Assembly: GCA_030390025.1 (NCBI GenBank)
Contig: CM059432.1
Location: 105,774,001 to 105,838,000, forward strand
Reading direction: 5' to 3'
Source: Squalus acanthias
Taxonomy: Eukaryota
Length of the DNA: 64,000 bases
Position numbers and translations under genes: made by a program. The notes under the pieces are model-generated. The model did no database searches. It saw nothing but the letters and a program-made list of their open reading frames with translations, and was not told the origin of the DNA. Shown in pieces: positions 1 to 13,209 of the stretch (positions within the stretch are counted from its first letter, which is position 1; each line of letters opens with the position of its first letter).

Positions 1-1
1 G

Positions 2-220
<219 letters not shown>

Positions 221-246
221 TAACAATCTCTCTTTTTTACCTAAAG

Positions 247-417
247 TTGCTCGGAGGGTTGGTGTGGATTCTGATCGCCTCGTCCAACGTCCCCGTGCCT
301 CTGATGCAAGGCTGGGTGATGTTTGTGTCCCTCACCATGTTCGTGTGCTCGTCTCTGTACCTGTCTGTGTATCTGTGCCGACTGGCGTACAGAGTGGATA
401 CCGACTGGAATTTGGTG
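247..417 (+). CDS. MAL2: MAL2 coding exon 2 (57 codons)
   Basis: Pyrimidine tract and AG before 247; LLGGLVWILIASSNVPVPLMQGWVMFVS...DTDWNLV is MARVEL TM1-TM2; donor GTAAGT at 418; phase 0. Confidence 0.96.
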
Positions 418-856
418 GTAAGTAAATGTCGCTTGTTGTCAACCAGCAATCACTGGGGATCCCAACGCCCTGTGAAAGTAGTCCGACCCTCGCTGCCGCT
501 CGCAAAATCTCAGCGCAGCACCAGGTCTACAGGGTGTAGACCTGGTGTTGCTTTTCACCTTTTGTGAAGCAAGAAGTCAGATTGTTTGACTGCCGGTGTA
601 CAGTGGTATTGCAGGGAGCGATTTTACTTTGATTTGTAGCAGGGCAGGTTTGCTGGTGTGAAACGTTCCTTTTTAATTTATCAATTTCAGAACCTGAAGT
701 GAAAAGGAAAAAAAACTGGGAATATGAAACAAAACACAAATTACTGAGAGGCAATTGATTTGGATGTACTCTTGGTCAGTACAGTATAGAATGTTATAGC
801 ACAGAAATCGGACCATTTGGCTCATTAAGTCTGCACCACACTAGCCACCTAGTATC

Positions 857-1555
857 CTTGTGCATGAAACACAAAAAGTTAGCATGCAGGTACAGCAAGT
901 AATCAAAAAGGCAAATGGAATGTTGGCCTTTATTTCAAGGGGGTTGGAGTATAAAAGCAGGGAAGTCCTGCTACAACTGTACAAGGTATTGGTGAGACCA
1001 CACCTTGAGTACTGTGTACAGTTTTTGTCTCCTTATTTAAGGAAGGATATACTTTCAATGGAGGCAGTTCAGAGACGATTCACTCGGTTAATTCCAGAGA
1101 TGAGGGGTTTGACTTATGAGGAAAGGTTGAGCAGGCTGGGCCTATACTCATTGGAATTTAGAAGAATGAGAGGTGATCTTATCGAAACATATAAGATACT
1201 GAGGGGGCTCGAGAGGGTAGATGCAGAGAGGATGTTTCCCCTCATGGGAAAATCTAGAACTCGGGGGCACAGTCTCAGAATAAAGGGTCACCCTTTTAGA
1301 ACTGAGATGAGGAGGAACAACTTCTGAGGGTTGTAAATTTGTGGAATTCTCTGCCCTAGAGAGCTGTGGAGGCTGGGTCATTAAATACATTTAAAGCGGA
1401 GATAAACAAATTTTTGCAAGATAAGGGAGTGAAGGGTTATGGGGAGCGGGCTGGGAAGTGGCTTTGAGCCCTAGATCAGCCATGATCTTATTGAATGGCG
1501 GAGCAGGCTCGAGGGGCCAAGTGGCCTATTCCTGCTCCTATTTCTTATGTTCTTA
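857..1555 (+). mobile_element. CR1 LINE, 5'-truncated 3' fragment
   Basis: ORF2 C-terminus (LVRPHLEYCVQF, RGDLIETYKI, RTRGHSLRI) and CR1 3' tail ending ttcttatgttctt. Confidence 0.9.
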
Positions 1556-1774
1556 GTCTAATTTCTGCAAGAGTACTGAATAGGAATCTGATCTTCCCTG
1601 TTTCTACCTCTGGGCAAGGGTCAATGAAAATACCTCAACAGCCATCTTAGCTGAGATAGCCTACTCAAACCTGAATGGGGATTCAAATTGAGACTTCTGA
1701 TTTTAATTAATACTGACACCAGGTGGTGCTTGGGAATTATGATGTCTGGCTACATCTCAGGTATTCTAATAACC

Positions 1775-2155
1775 TCATGTATTTATATAGTGCCTTTTAA
1801 TGTAGAAAAATGTGCCAAACTGCTTCACAGAAGTGTAAACATACAAAAATTAATACAAGGAGATAGTAGGTCAGTTAACTAAAAAGTTGATCCGAGGTAA
1901 GTTTTAAGGAGAGTCGTAACGGAGGAGAGAGGCGGTGAGATTTAGGGAGGGAATCCTAGAGGTTACGGACTAGAAGGCTGAAAGCATGGCTGCCAGTGCA
2001 GAGGTGAAAGGAGTGGGGCATGCACAAGAGGCCATAGTTGGAGAGAGACACAGTTCTTGGATGTTTGTAGACCTGGAGAAGGTTACAAAAATGAGGGGCA
2101 AGGCCAGGAACCAATGTAGGTCAGCGAGCACAGGGGTGATGGGTGAATGGAACTT
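1775..2155 (-). mobile_element. Decayed L2-type LINE 3' end
   Basis: Reverse complement of the ...ggcactatataaat tail; resembles 2539-2855 and 40226-41100. Confidence 0.6.
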
Positions 2156-2538
2156 AGAATCATAAAATGGTTACAGCACAGAAGGAGGCCATTCGGCCCG
2201 TCGAGCCTGTGCAAGCTCTCTGCAGAGCACTTCAGCTAGTCCCACTCCCCTGCCCTTTCCCTGTAGCCCTGCAAATTTTTTTCCCTCCGGTACTTATCCA
2301 ATTCCCTTTTGAAAGCCACAATTGAATCAGGCAGTGCATTCCAGATCCTAACCACTCGCTGAGTAAAAAAAGTTTTTCCTCTTGTCGCCTTTGCTTCTTC
2401 TGCCAATCACCTTAAATCTGTTTCCTCTGGTTCTCGACCCTTCTGCCAATGGGGACAGTTTATCTCTCTCTACTCTGTCTAGACCCCTCATGATTTTGAA
2501 CACCTCTATCAAATCGCCTCTCCGTCTTCTCTGCTCTA
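2156..2538 (-). mobile_element. CR1 LINE 3' end
   Basis: RRRGDLIEVFKIMRGLDRV on the minus strand, tail ggccgaatggcctccttctgtgctg. Confidence 0.85.
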
Positions 2539-2855
2539 ACAACAGCAATAACTTGTATTTATATAGCACCTTTAACATAGTAAAATGTCCCAAGGCGCTT
2601 CACAGGCGTATTAAAAGACAAAGAATTTGACACCGAGCCACATAAGGAGAAATTAGGGCAGGTGACCAAAAGCTTGGTCACAGAGGTAGGTTTTAAGGAG
2701 CGTCTTGAAGAAAGAGAGGTAGCGAGGCGGAGAGATTTAGGCAGGGAATTCCTGAGCTTAGGGCCGAGGCAACAGAAGGCACGGCCACCAACGGTTGAGC
2801 GATTATAATCAGAAATGCTCAAGAGGGCAGAATTAGAGGAGCGCAGATATCTGTG
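2539..2855 (-). mobile_element. L2-type LINE 3' end
   Basis: LRSSNSALL..GGRAF..GPKL; tail gtgaagcgccttgggac...ggtgctatataaat. Confidence 0.8.
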
Positions 2856-2867
2856 TTGGGGGGGGGG

Positions 2868-4511
2868 CTCCTTGATGCCACATTCAGTCAAATGCTGCCT
2901 TGATGTCAAGGGCAGTCACTCACCTCACCTCTGGAATTCAGCTCCCTTGACCAAGGCTGTATTGAGGTCAGGAGCCGCGTGGTCTTGGCGGAACCCAAAG
3001 TGGGCATCAGTGAGCAAGTTATTGGTGAGTAAGTGCCGCTTGATAGCACTGTCGATGACACCTTCCATCACTTTGCTGATGATTGAGAGTAGACTGATGG
3101 GGTGGTAATTGGCCGGGTTGGATTTGTCCTGCTTTTTGTTGACAGGACCTACCTGGGCAGTTTTCCACATTGTCGGGTAGATGCCAGTGTTGTAGCTGTA
3201 CTGGAACAGCATAGCTAGAGGCGTGGCTAGTCCTGGAACACAAGTCTTCAGCACGATAGCCGGAATGTTGTCAGGGCCCATAGCCTTTGCTGTATCCAGT
3301 GCACTCAGCCGTTTCTTGATATCACGTGGAGTGAATCGAATTGGCTGAAGACTGGCTTCTGTGATGGTGGGGACCTCAGGTGTAGGCCGATATGGATCAT
3401 CCACTCGGCACTTCTGGCTGAAGATGGTTGCAAACGCTTCAGCCTTGTCTTTTGCACTCACGTGCTGGGCTCCACCATCATTGAGGATGGGGATGTTCAT
3501 GGAGCCTCCTCCCCCCCGTTAGTTGTTTAATGGTCCACCACCTTTCACGACTGGATGTGGCAGGACTGCAGAGCTTTGATGTGATCCGTTGATTGTGGGA
3601 TTGCTTAGCCCTGTCTATAGCATGCTGCTTCTGCTTTTTAGCATGCATGTAGTCCTGTGTTGCAACTTCCCCAAGTTGGCACCTCATTTTTAGGTACGCC
3701 TTGTGCTGCTCCTGGTATGCTCTTCTGCACTCCTTATTGAACCAAGGTTGATCCCCTGGCTTGATGGTAATGGTAGAGTGAGGGATATGCCGGGCCATGA
3801 GGTTACAGGTTGTGGTGGAATAGAATTCTGCTACTGCTGATGGTTCACAGCGCCTCATGGATGCCCAGTTTTGAGCTGCTAGATCTGTTCTGAATCTATC
3901 CCATTTAGCACGGTGGTAGTGCCACACAACACGATGGAGGTTGTCCTCCGTGTGAAGACGGGAATTCGTCTTCAGTGACTGTGCGGTGGTCACTGCTACC
4001 AATACTGTCATGGACTGATGCATCAGATTGGTGAGGACGAGGTCAAGTAGGTTTTTCCCTCATGTTGGTTCTCTCACCACCTGTCGCAGGCCCAGACTTG
4101 CAGCTATGTATGATTCTTGACTAGTTTGTGGGACAGCTCTCCCAATTTTGGCACAAGTCCCCAGATGTTGGTGAGGAGGACTTTGCAGGGTCAACTGGGC
4201 TGGGTGTGTCATTGTGTTTCGTAGCGGTTTGTTACAGCTGGATGGCTTGCGAGGCCATTTCAGAGGGCAGTTAAGAGTCAACCACAGATTTCCTTCCCTA
4301 AAGGACATTAGTGAACCAGATGGGTTTTTACAACGATCCGATAGTTTCATGGTTACTATTACTGATGCTAGCATTTTATTCCAGATTTATTTAATTAACT
4401 GATTTTAAATACCCCAGCTGCCGTGGTGGGATTTGAACTCACGTCTCTGGATCATTAGTCCAGGCCTTTGGATTACTAACCCAGTGACATTACCACTACG
4501 CTACCGTTCCC
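2868..4511 (-). mobile_element. tRNA-headed LINE, copy A (5' intact, internally deleted, 3' truncated)
   Basis: A box 4493-4503 and B box 4429-4438 on the minus strand; APE endonuclease start KVLLTNIWGLVPKLGEL at ~4135-4180; RT motifs KAMGPDNIP, NYHPISLLS. Confidence 0.85.
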
Positions 4512-6960
4512 GTAGTTGGTGGCCTATAGAATACACCTAGTAATGGCACCTCTATTGTTTCTCAACTCTAACCAAATAGATTCTGTCCTTAACCCCTGCA
4601 GGACATCCTCTCTGTCCAGCACTCTAATATTCTCAATCAATGCTGCCACCCACCTCCTTTCTTTCCTTCCCTATCTTTCCTGAATACCTTCTATCTAGGA
4701 ATATTTAGTACCAAATCCTGCCCTTTTTTGAGGCAGGTCTCTGTTATCGCCACAACATCATGACACAAAGATAGGTAGGAAAGTAAATAGTGAAGAGCAC
4801 ATAAGGAGGCTACAAAGGGATATAGATAGGTTAAGTGAGTGGGCAAAGATCTGGCAAATGGAGTATAATGTGGGAAAATGAAATTGTCCATTTTGGCAGG
4901 AAGACTAAAAAAGCATATTATCTAAATGATGAGAGATTGCAGAGCTCTGAGATGCAGAGGGATCTGGGTGTCCTAGTGCATGAATCGCAAAAGGTTAGTA
5001 TGCAGGTACAGCAAGTCATTAGGAAAGCTAATAGAATGTTATCGTTTATTGCGAGGGGAATTGAATACAAAAGTAGAGAAGTTATGCTTCAGTTATACAG
5101 GGCATTGGTGAGACCACATCTGGAGTACTGTGTACAGTATTGGTCTCCTTATTTAAGGAAGGATGTAAATGCGTTGGAAGCAGTTCAGAGAAGTTTTACT
5201 AGACTAATACCTGGAATGGGCGGGTTGTCTTGAGGAAAGGTTGGATAAGCTAGGCTTGTATCTGCTGGAGTTTAGAAGAGTAAGAGGTGACTTGATTGAA
5301 ACATATAAGATCCTGAGGGGTCTTGACGGGGTGGATGTGGAGAGGATGTTTCCTCTTGTAGGAGAATCTAGAACTAGGGGTTGCCCATTTAAGACAGATG
5401 AGGAGAAATTTTTTCTCAGAGGGTCGTGAGTCTTTGGAACTCTCTTCCTCAGAGGGCGGTAGAAGTAGAGTCTTTGAATATTTTTAAGGCAGAGGTAAAT
5501 AGTTTCTTGATAAGCAAGGGGGTGAAAGGTTATCGGGGGGTAGGCGGGAATGTGGAGTAATCCGATCAACCATGATCTTACTGAATGGCGGAGCAGGCTC
5601 GAGGGGCCAAGTGGCCGCCTACTGCTCCTAATTCATATGTTCGTATATTCCCATGTGGCTATTTGCGCCTGCAGCTCACCAACCTTATTTTACCGCATTT
5701 CATAGGTTTACACACATGTACTGTAAACCTATCTTAGACCTTCTTGTATTCTCTCTTGGTCTGATCCCACTTAATTCCATACTATTTCTTGCTCTAGTGC
5801 TATCTGTCTCTCCCAATCCTTTGTGCACCTTGTTTCTCTTTTCTAATGCTACATCCTGGTGCCCATCCCGCTGCCAAATTAGTTTAAACCCTCCACAACA
5901 GCACTAGCAAACCGCCCCCCATGAGGTTATTGGTCCCCGGCTCTGTTGAAGTGCAACCCACTCAGCCTGTACAGGTCCCACCTCCCCCAGAACCGTTCCC
6001 AATGTCCCAGGAATCTAAAGCCCTCCCTCCTGCACCATCTCTCCAGCCACGCATTCATCTGCTCAATCCTCCTATTTTTATACTCACTAGCTCGTGACAC
6101 CTGAAGTAATCCGGAAAATACTACCTTTGAGGTCCTGCTTTTAATCTCTTCTAGCTCCCTAAAATCTGCCTGCAGGACCTCATCCCTCTTTCTACCTATG
6201 TCGTTGATACCGATATGGACCACGACCTCTGGCTGTTCACCCTCCCCCCTCAGAATGTTCTGCAGCTGCTCAGTGACATCCTTGACCCTGGCACCAGGGA
6301 GGCAATGTACCATCCTGGAATCATGTCTGCGTCCGCTAACTATCGAATCTCCTATTGCTCTTGCTTTCCCGATCGTCGTCCTCGCCTCCCCCATATAGCT
6401 GAGCCTCCCGTGGTGCGTGGACTTAGCTGTAGCTGTACTCCCCAGAGGAACCATCGCCCTCACCAGTTCCGGTGAGATGCACTCGGGGGACTCCTGCACT
6501 ACCTACCTGGTCCTCCTTGTCTGTCTGACCCATTCCCCCTCTGCCTGTACACTCTTACGCTGCAGGGTGACCACCTCTTGAAACGTGCTATCCACGTAGC
6601 TCTCCGCCTCACAGATGTACCGCAGTGACGCCAGCTGCTGCTCAAGCTCCGAAACCCGGAGCTTGAGCTCCTCCAGCTGACGACACTTCCTGCACACGTG
6701 GTTGTCCAGGACAGTGGAAGTGTCCTGGAGTTCCCACATTGCACAAGATGTGCATTCCACGGGACTGCCCTGCCATGCCTCTATTTAATTGACTATTAAC
6801 TAACGTAACAGAAATAACCAAGACTTAAAAAATCACCAGCTACTCACCAATCAGCTCCTTCCCTTGTGCTGACGTCACTTTTAGTTTTTTTTTTACCTCG
6901 CTCTCTGACGCTTGCGCTCTCTCCGGCCTACCTTTATCTCCGGCTGCTCTCCTCTCTCTC
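4512..6960 (-). mobile_element. CR1 LINE 5' portion: 5'UTR, ORF1 (Zn finger + SGNH esterase), start of ORF2 endonuclease
   Basis: MECTSCAMWE..CRKC (6503-6760); GDS, PGA, VHIGINDIG, GLHFN (5927-6499); QIATWEY|DVVAITET split by the 4762-5645 insertion; CCAAT and TGACGTCA at ~6846-6877. Confidence 0.85.
4762..5645 (+). mobile_element. CR1 3' fragment inserted antisense in the endonuclease of another CR1
   Basis: Starts at DTKIGRKV, contains LVRPHLEYCVQYWSP, ends in a CR1 tail; host reading frame resumes on both sides. Confidence 0.88.
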
Positions 6961-7159
6961 CCGCAGGTCCGCTCTCGGGCCAATTAACTTAGAGTCCTTG
7001 GGTTCTGTGGCTCCACTGCTCCTTTTCAGTTCAACGTCTCAACCGCCTTCCTCCTCTCCACCAATTCCTGCTCTCTCCAAATTCTTCCACTTTGCTGCGA
7101 TCTACTCCGATTGCGTTCAACCAGCTCTGGCTCCAAGCTCTGTGCTCAAGACTTGCTGC

Positions 7160-8500
7160 GTGTTAGGATATGAGCAGCAGAGTTTTAGATGAGCTCAAGT
7201 TTATGGCAAGTGGAGATTTGAGGCCGACCAGGAGAGCGATGCTATGGAAGTAGACGGACGGCCTTTGTGGTGGAGAGGATATGGGGTCAGAAGCTCACCA
7301 CAGAGACAAATAGGACACCGAGGTTGCAAACAGTCTGGTTCAGCCTGGGACAGTGGTCAGGGAGGGGGATGGAATCGGCAAGAGAACGAAGTTTGTGGCA
7401 GGGGCCAAAGACAATGGCTTTGGTCTTCCCAATGTTTAATTGGAGGAAATGGCAACTCATCCAAGACTGGATGTCAGACAAGCAGTCTGACCAGAGGCAG
7501 TGGAGAGATCGAGAGAAGTGGGATGGTACAGCTGGGTGTAGTCTCTATCTCTGTAATCTCCTCCAGCCCCACAATCCACCGAGATATCTGCGCTCGTCTA
7601 ATTCTGCCCTCTTGAGCATCCCTGATTTTAATTGCTCAACCATTGGTGGCCGTACCTTCAGCTGCCTAGGCCCTAAGCTCTGGAATTCCCTCTTTAAACC
7701 TCTCTACCTCTCTTTCCTTCTTTAAGACACTCCTTTAAAACCTACCTCTTTGACTAAGCTTTTGGTCATCTGCCCTAATATCTCCTTATGTGGCTCGGTG
7801 TCAAATTTTTTGTCTTGTAACACTCCTGTGAAGCGCCTTGGGATGTTTTACTACGTTAAAGGCGCTAGAAAAGTACAAGAAGTTGTCAGCGTACGTGTGG
7901 AACCGGACTTCATGCCTTCAGATGATATCACTGAGAGGCAGCAAATAATGAGAAATAGGAGAGGGCCAAGGATAGATCCTTGGGGGACTCCAGAGGCAAG
8001 AAGAGAAGCCATTGCTGGAGAATCTCTGGCTATGACTGGATAGGTAGCAGTGGAACCATGCAATGTCAACCACACACCTGAATGGAGGAGGATGGTGTGG
8101 TAGCTGTGTTAAACACTGCACAGCTTGAGAGGGATGAGGAAGGATAGTGCACCAGTCACCGCATTTCATTTGTGGCTTTGATTAGGGCCATTTCACTGCT
8201 GGGGCAGGGGCAAGAACCTAATTGGAGAGGTTCAAACATGGAGTTGCGGAAAAGATGGACACTGATTTGGGAGGAGGCAACACGTTCAAGGACTTTGGAG
8301 AAGAAAGGGATGTTGGAGATGGGATGGTAGTTTTCAAGGACAGAGGGGTCAGGGTGAGTTTTTTTTGAGTAGGGGAGTGATGGCAGATTTGAAAGGGAGG
8401 GGAACAGTACTTGAGGAGATGGAACTATGTCATATCAGCTAGCGCGGGGGCCAGGAAGGGAAGTTGGGTGGTCAGTAGTTTAGCGGGAATAGGGTCGAGG
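7160..8500 (-). mobile_element. L2 LINE RT fragment
   Basis: LDPIP, SGVPQGSILGPLLF, FLQLNIGKTKAIVFG on the minus strand. Confidence 0.8.
7541..7885 (+). mobile_element. L2 3' end inserted antisense in an L2
   Basis: LRSSNSALL..GGRTF..GPKLWNSL plus L2 tail; interrupts the host at YAD|DTQLY. Confidence 0.8.
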
Positions 8501-9218
8501 GCGCAGGTCTGCGGGCTTGCCGGCCAATTAAGAGAAAGCCGGTGTCCGATGACGTCAGTTGATGACGTGGCATCTGCCGGTTTTCTTAAAGGGGCCGCCA
8601 CCATTTCTTTTTGACATGATTTTTTCAGTGTTTGACAGCATTGAGGTGCTGCAAACACTGACAATCACTGTACAAAGGTGAGCCCTTGCACCCAGGTCTC
8701 TCCAGTGACTTTCTCCTTAGGCTAAAACAGATGGCAGCTGCAGGTGAGGTTATTGAAGCGATGTGTCACTGGTGAGAGGTTCTCCCAATGAGTTGGGACT
8801 ACACAAACACTTCAAAGCTTGTCACGTACAGAAAAATCTAAACACATTAAAAATGACTTTCCCAACATTTTCTTACCTCTGCAACTCACCAGTGCCCCAT
8901 TGGATCCTTCACACCACTTCTGCAGCTGTCATCTATACACAAACATTACAGTAGACCCACAGCACACCGTACTTACCCTGGCGGGGTTTCCCGATGTCGG
9001 GAAGCCCGTAGTAGAAGTGTCAAAATTGGAAAAAGCCTGTTAACAAGCAGTTAAGTGGCTATAATCCTCTTCTCGCCGCTAGGAGTCGGGTCCCTATGTC
9101 CCGGGAAGATTGATTGGAGGCGGGTTGGAAGTGGGTTCGGGACCCGCTGCCAATCTTTTTGATTTTGCCAGCAGTCCCGCCTCCAAACCCGACCCCTGAG
9201 CGCTGGCAAAATCGCCCC
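8500..9218. mobile_element. Probable MITE remnant(s)
   Basis: CpG-rich segments with small hairpins; ends in aaaatcgcccc, resembling the termini of other MITEs in the window. Confidence 0.35.
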
Positions 9219-10576
9219 GTGTTTTGGAGGGCGAGTGAGTTCAGGAGCTGTTTGAGAGGCAGAATATTTTAAGACAAGTTCATTTGAGAAATTTTAATTT
9301 TCATTTATCTTCACTATGAACTTTATATGTAACTTCAGACAAAACCGATTTAGTTTAGTAAATGATAACAGCTTTATAAATATTGAGCTACAAGACCCAG
9401 GTATGGATTAGGAACTAATACAAAAGCAAAATGCTGCAGATGTTGGAAATCTGAAATAAATGCTGGAAATACTCAGCATCTGACATCGGAAAATGGCAAA
9501 TTTGGCCCTGCCAACTTTCAAAAATAAAGCTCGCTTCTCCCCTCAATCGGAAATTGTATGCATTTTGCCAATGTCAAGTTACGCCTAAGTATCTCCCCAA
9601 TCTATTAGAATACGCTCAAACCTAAAATAGACATAAATCACCAAAGACAATCGGAGCCCAAGGAAAAACCTAACCCACAGCAGTATATTTTTTTTCAGGT
9701 GTAAAATTTAAGTTTCAACTCATTTTTAACCATCATTCAGACACTGTATGTTTAAGAAGCTGTAATCGGGGAAACTTCCGTTTTTATTGTAACTTGCACT
9801 TGTGCCATAAAAATGAATTAAAAGAACCAGAAAATGCAGAGCAGGTCTCTGAGGATAATTTTTTTTCGTTGAATAGGCTCTAAAATTTGCAAATAAAAGA
9901 CCAGAAAAATGACTTGTTTCCTGCTGCGCCTGGAAATCTGAACGCACTGAGACCCACCCCCACAACCCCAAACAAGTACAAGTGGAGGATACTCGCATTT
10001 GAGAGTCTGGCGTGGCCAGATTTGTGGGCAGAAATTAATTTGGACAGAGGGTTTGATGGACGGCCGTAAAAGATCAAGGCCATTTGGGTGAATTGTAGTA
10101 TTGCATGTAATTCACTTACTCCCAAAATTCCGCGATCTATTAAGCCACGCAATTTGTTTGCGCCCAAACTCCAGGCATAGCTCATTTATGGTACCTCAAC
10201 AAAGTGGCTGTTCTTCATGACTATTGGCAAGCTAATCTACAGAGAGGAGGGGAGGAGACCCCATCACAGCTAAGCCCAATTCTATCAGCGTGTGATGGCC
10301 CCCATGTTCACTTTACTGACCTCCACTGTAAATAGTGATCAAAAGCACAAACCCTGGCTGTTTTTCTCTTCCCTAGGCAGGAGCAAGCAGACTAATTGTA
10401 GCAACTCAACTGCCACTCTGGCTCAGATCAGCTAATTTAGCACCACCTTGGGCTTAACATGGGTCCTGGTCTCTGACTCCATTTCGCATTGCCTTTACCA
10501 ACTAACCCACAGAATTTTTTTTTTTACTTAGAGTTTCCTTATCCAGTACCTTTTATTATGGCAAAGGAGACATAAG

Positions 10577-10739
10577 AAATGTTCCCTCTTAATTTTTTTG
10601 GGTAGCGCGGCCCCTTTAACAGGCTGCATGGCCCATTCAAAATTCCGCGCGTGCACTGTTTTTCCATTTAAAACCCAGTGAACCGGCTGTGCGGGACCTC
10701 CAGAGCAACGCGCGGCCATGCAGCTTAAAGGAAACAATG
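10577..10739. mobile_element. hAT-type MITE inserted in a CR1 tail
   Basis: Inverted homologue of 16618-16781 with aatgttccct termini. Confidence 0.7.
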
Positions 10740-11030
10740 AGCAGGAGTAGGCCGTACGGCCCCTTGACCTACTCTGCCATTCAATATGATTGTGGCTGAT
10801 ATTCTACCTCAACTCCACTTTCTTGCCCTATCCCCATATCCTTTGATTCCCTTAGTGTCCAAAAATCTATTGATTTTGTTCTTGAATATACTCAAATGAC
10901 TGAGCATCCACAGCCCTCTAGGGTAGATAATTCCAATGATTCACAACCCTCTGAGTGAAGAAATTCCTCCTCATCTCAGTCCTAAATGGCCGACCCCTTA
11001 TCCTGAGACTATGACCCCTAGTTCTAGAGA
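10740..11030 (-). mobile_element. CR1 3' end
   Basis: SRTRGHSLRIRGRPFRTEMRRNFFTQRVV plus CR1 tail. Confidence 0.85.
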
Positions 11031-13209
11031 CAAGGAGAAAACTAATGTTCAGAGGAATGAGAATGCCAGGTGTTCTCTTTTTGTGAGCTCCTAAAACTAC
11101 CTGTAGTGTAACTGAGGAAGATTCATGATCTAGAAGGAAAATTTTCCTTATTAAATGGCAATGGATGTCCAACATCAGTTAATTTATTGTAAAAGTGCAG
11201 CCTTTTGTCTCCTTTAGCTGTTATGGTTGAATGCATGATCCGTCCTGTGTAGGTAGGACACATGCATTGTAAATTTCTGTTTCAATGTGAAATTCATGTC
11301 TTCATGACAATGGCATCTATCTGTAGTATTGCAAAATCTCAAGTCAAAGTTTTGAATGAGATCTGCCAACATGATGGGTGAATGATGATTTGTATTGTTG
11401 CTGTGTCTTGGACCTGATGATTTGGTGCTGTTGCTGTGTTAGTTGAAAATTTATCTTTTCCCAACATTGGTATCTATAATCATTTGTGCATCCAAGAATT
11501 TAGTTTGTATCAGATGGGAGAAATGTGACAAAAGGCAAACTTACAATCCAGTTTTATAGAATTGCTCTGAATTGAGAAGTCTCTTTCAGTGCTCGTTCCC
11601 AAAAAGTCAGCTAATGTAAATCTTACTGAATTTCACCATGCTCTGTTAAATAAAATCAATCAATTGGTGGTATCTGACATAGGGCCTGTGGTTTTAGGAA
11701 GGCATCTTTCTCCTGTGTTGGAAGCCCTCCATTTTGCTTGAAATTTAAATATGGTAGACCATGTTAAGACTATTGGTACTCGCTCACTTTTCATTATTTA
11801 TCACTGAAAGTTTCAAATAAAATGGAGGCCATTATACAAGTGCCAATGTGCTAAAGGTACACACGTGACCTAGTGCATTTTGTCCGTATTCCGTGCATTT
11901 GTGGTTGCTTTAAGCAATGGTTTATTTTGTGCAGCATTGATTGTGTTTTCTTTTTAAATAACCTGTTCCATAGTGAAGGATGAGTTAGTTACTGAGATCA
12001 TGTGGTGGTATCTGATGTACAGATGGGTAAGGAGCAGGATGGAAGAGACTGCAATCACCATAAGTAGCTATGCAGAATTAGGTGATCACACCTCGAACAA
12101 TCAATGTACAATGGCCTCAGCAACCTTGGGTTAGTGAAGGAAAGGAATTGACTAGGGTTCTTGCTCCTTATTGCTAGTCACTGACCCCTGTAGGAAAGTA
12201 TGTGTATGGACATTGGTTGAGGACAGGATCGTGCTTGCAGTGGTTGAGTAGCATGTCGGTACACGTGAATAATGGGCACTTGGGTGAAGTGCTGGATGAT
12301 GACTGTGAAGCCATACCACAGTGAGGAGTTAGTGTCTTCAGGAGAAGCGACAAGAATAATTTGAGGGTCAAAGTTCAAGCAAGGATGCTGATGTGGAGAA
12401 AATAAATGAGTTCATTATGGAGTAGAGGAAGGAAAATGTGGAATGAATGAGCTCAGCAGGAAAAGACTTGAAGGCAGAAGAACTAAGACCAGGGAGTGTG
12501 AAGATGAGCAGAAATGATAAAGTAACTTTCAGGCTTTCACTTTCCTGTGGGCTTTCTAATTAATTTGTAGCTATGGTTCAGTGCGCTCAGCTTGTTTGGT
12601 TAAGCTTTACCTCTTGCGCTAAAGGCTATACATTGTTCCCATCAGTGTACTGTATCTAGAGTATAAAAGTAATGATGGCATCACAGAAGGAGGCCATTTG
12701 GCCCATTATGTCTGTACTGGCCATTTTGAAAGGTATCCGATTAGTCCCCACTCCCCTGCTCTTTCCCCATAGCCCTTCACTGTTTTACCCTGTGGAAAAG
12801 TGCATTTGTACTGCTTCAGGAATCATGGGCATTATTTTGTATGTAGTTGTACACTTGAGACTATTCCTAAAATTGGCATTGAATCCTATCTCTCAAGGTT
12901 CTACATAATTTTGTGCAGCTAGGTGTTTGTATCTGCATGAAGTTGGGGAAAGTAAATTTTGGCCCACTTGGATAGATCAAATATAAGTTATACCCTGTAT
13001 TATTCTGGTGAGAAATGTTTATGCAATTTTACAGTTTGCATTGTAATTCCAAAATTGTTAGATTAGAAATGCTGGCTTTTGCATGAGCGCATTACTTATC
13101 CAAGGAACAAATCTGGACTTGGTAACAGTTGGTGACTTTTTTTAAATTGAGGAATTTGTCCCCAAGTTCCAAGGTGTGTGTGAAGATCATTGAGGGAGGA
13201 TAAAATATT

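Noticed and set aside
4512..5645. Twin-priming 5' inversion of a single CR1
   Set aside because: The minus-strand CR1 continues on the far side of the plus fragment, so this is a nested insertion
5927..6499. SGNH esterase as a host gene
   Set aside because: It is CR1 ORF1, frameshifted, between a CR1 5'UTR and endonuclease
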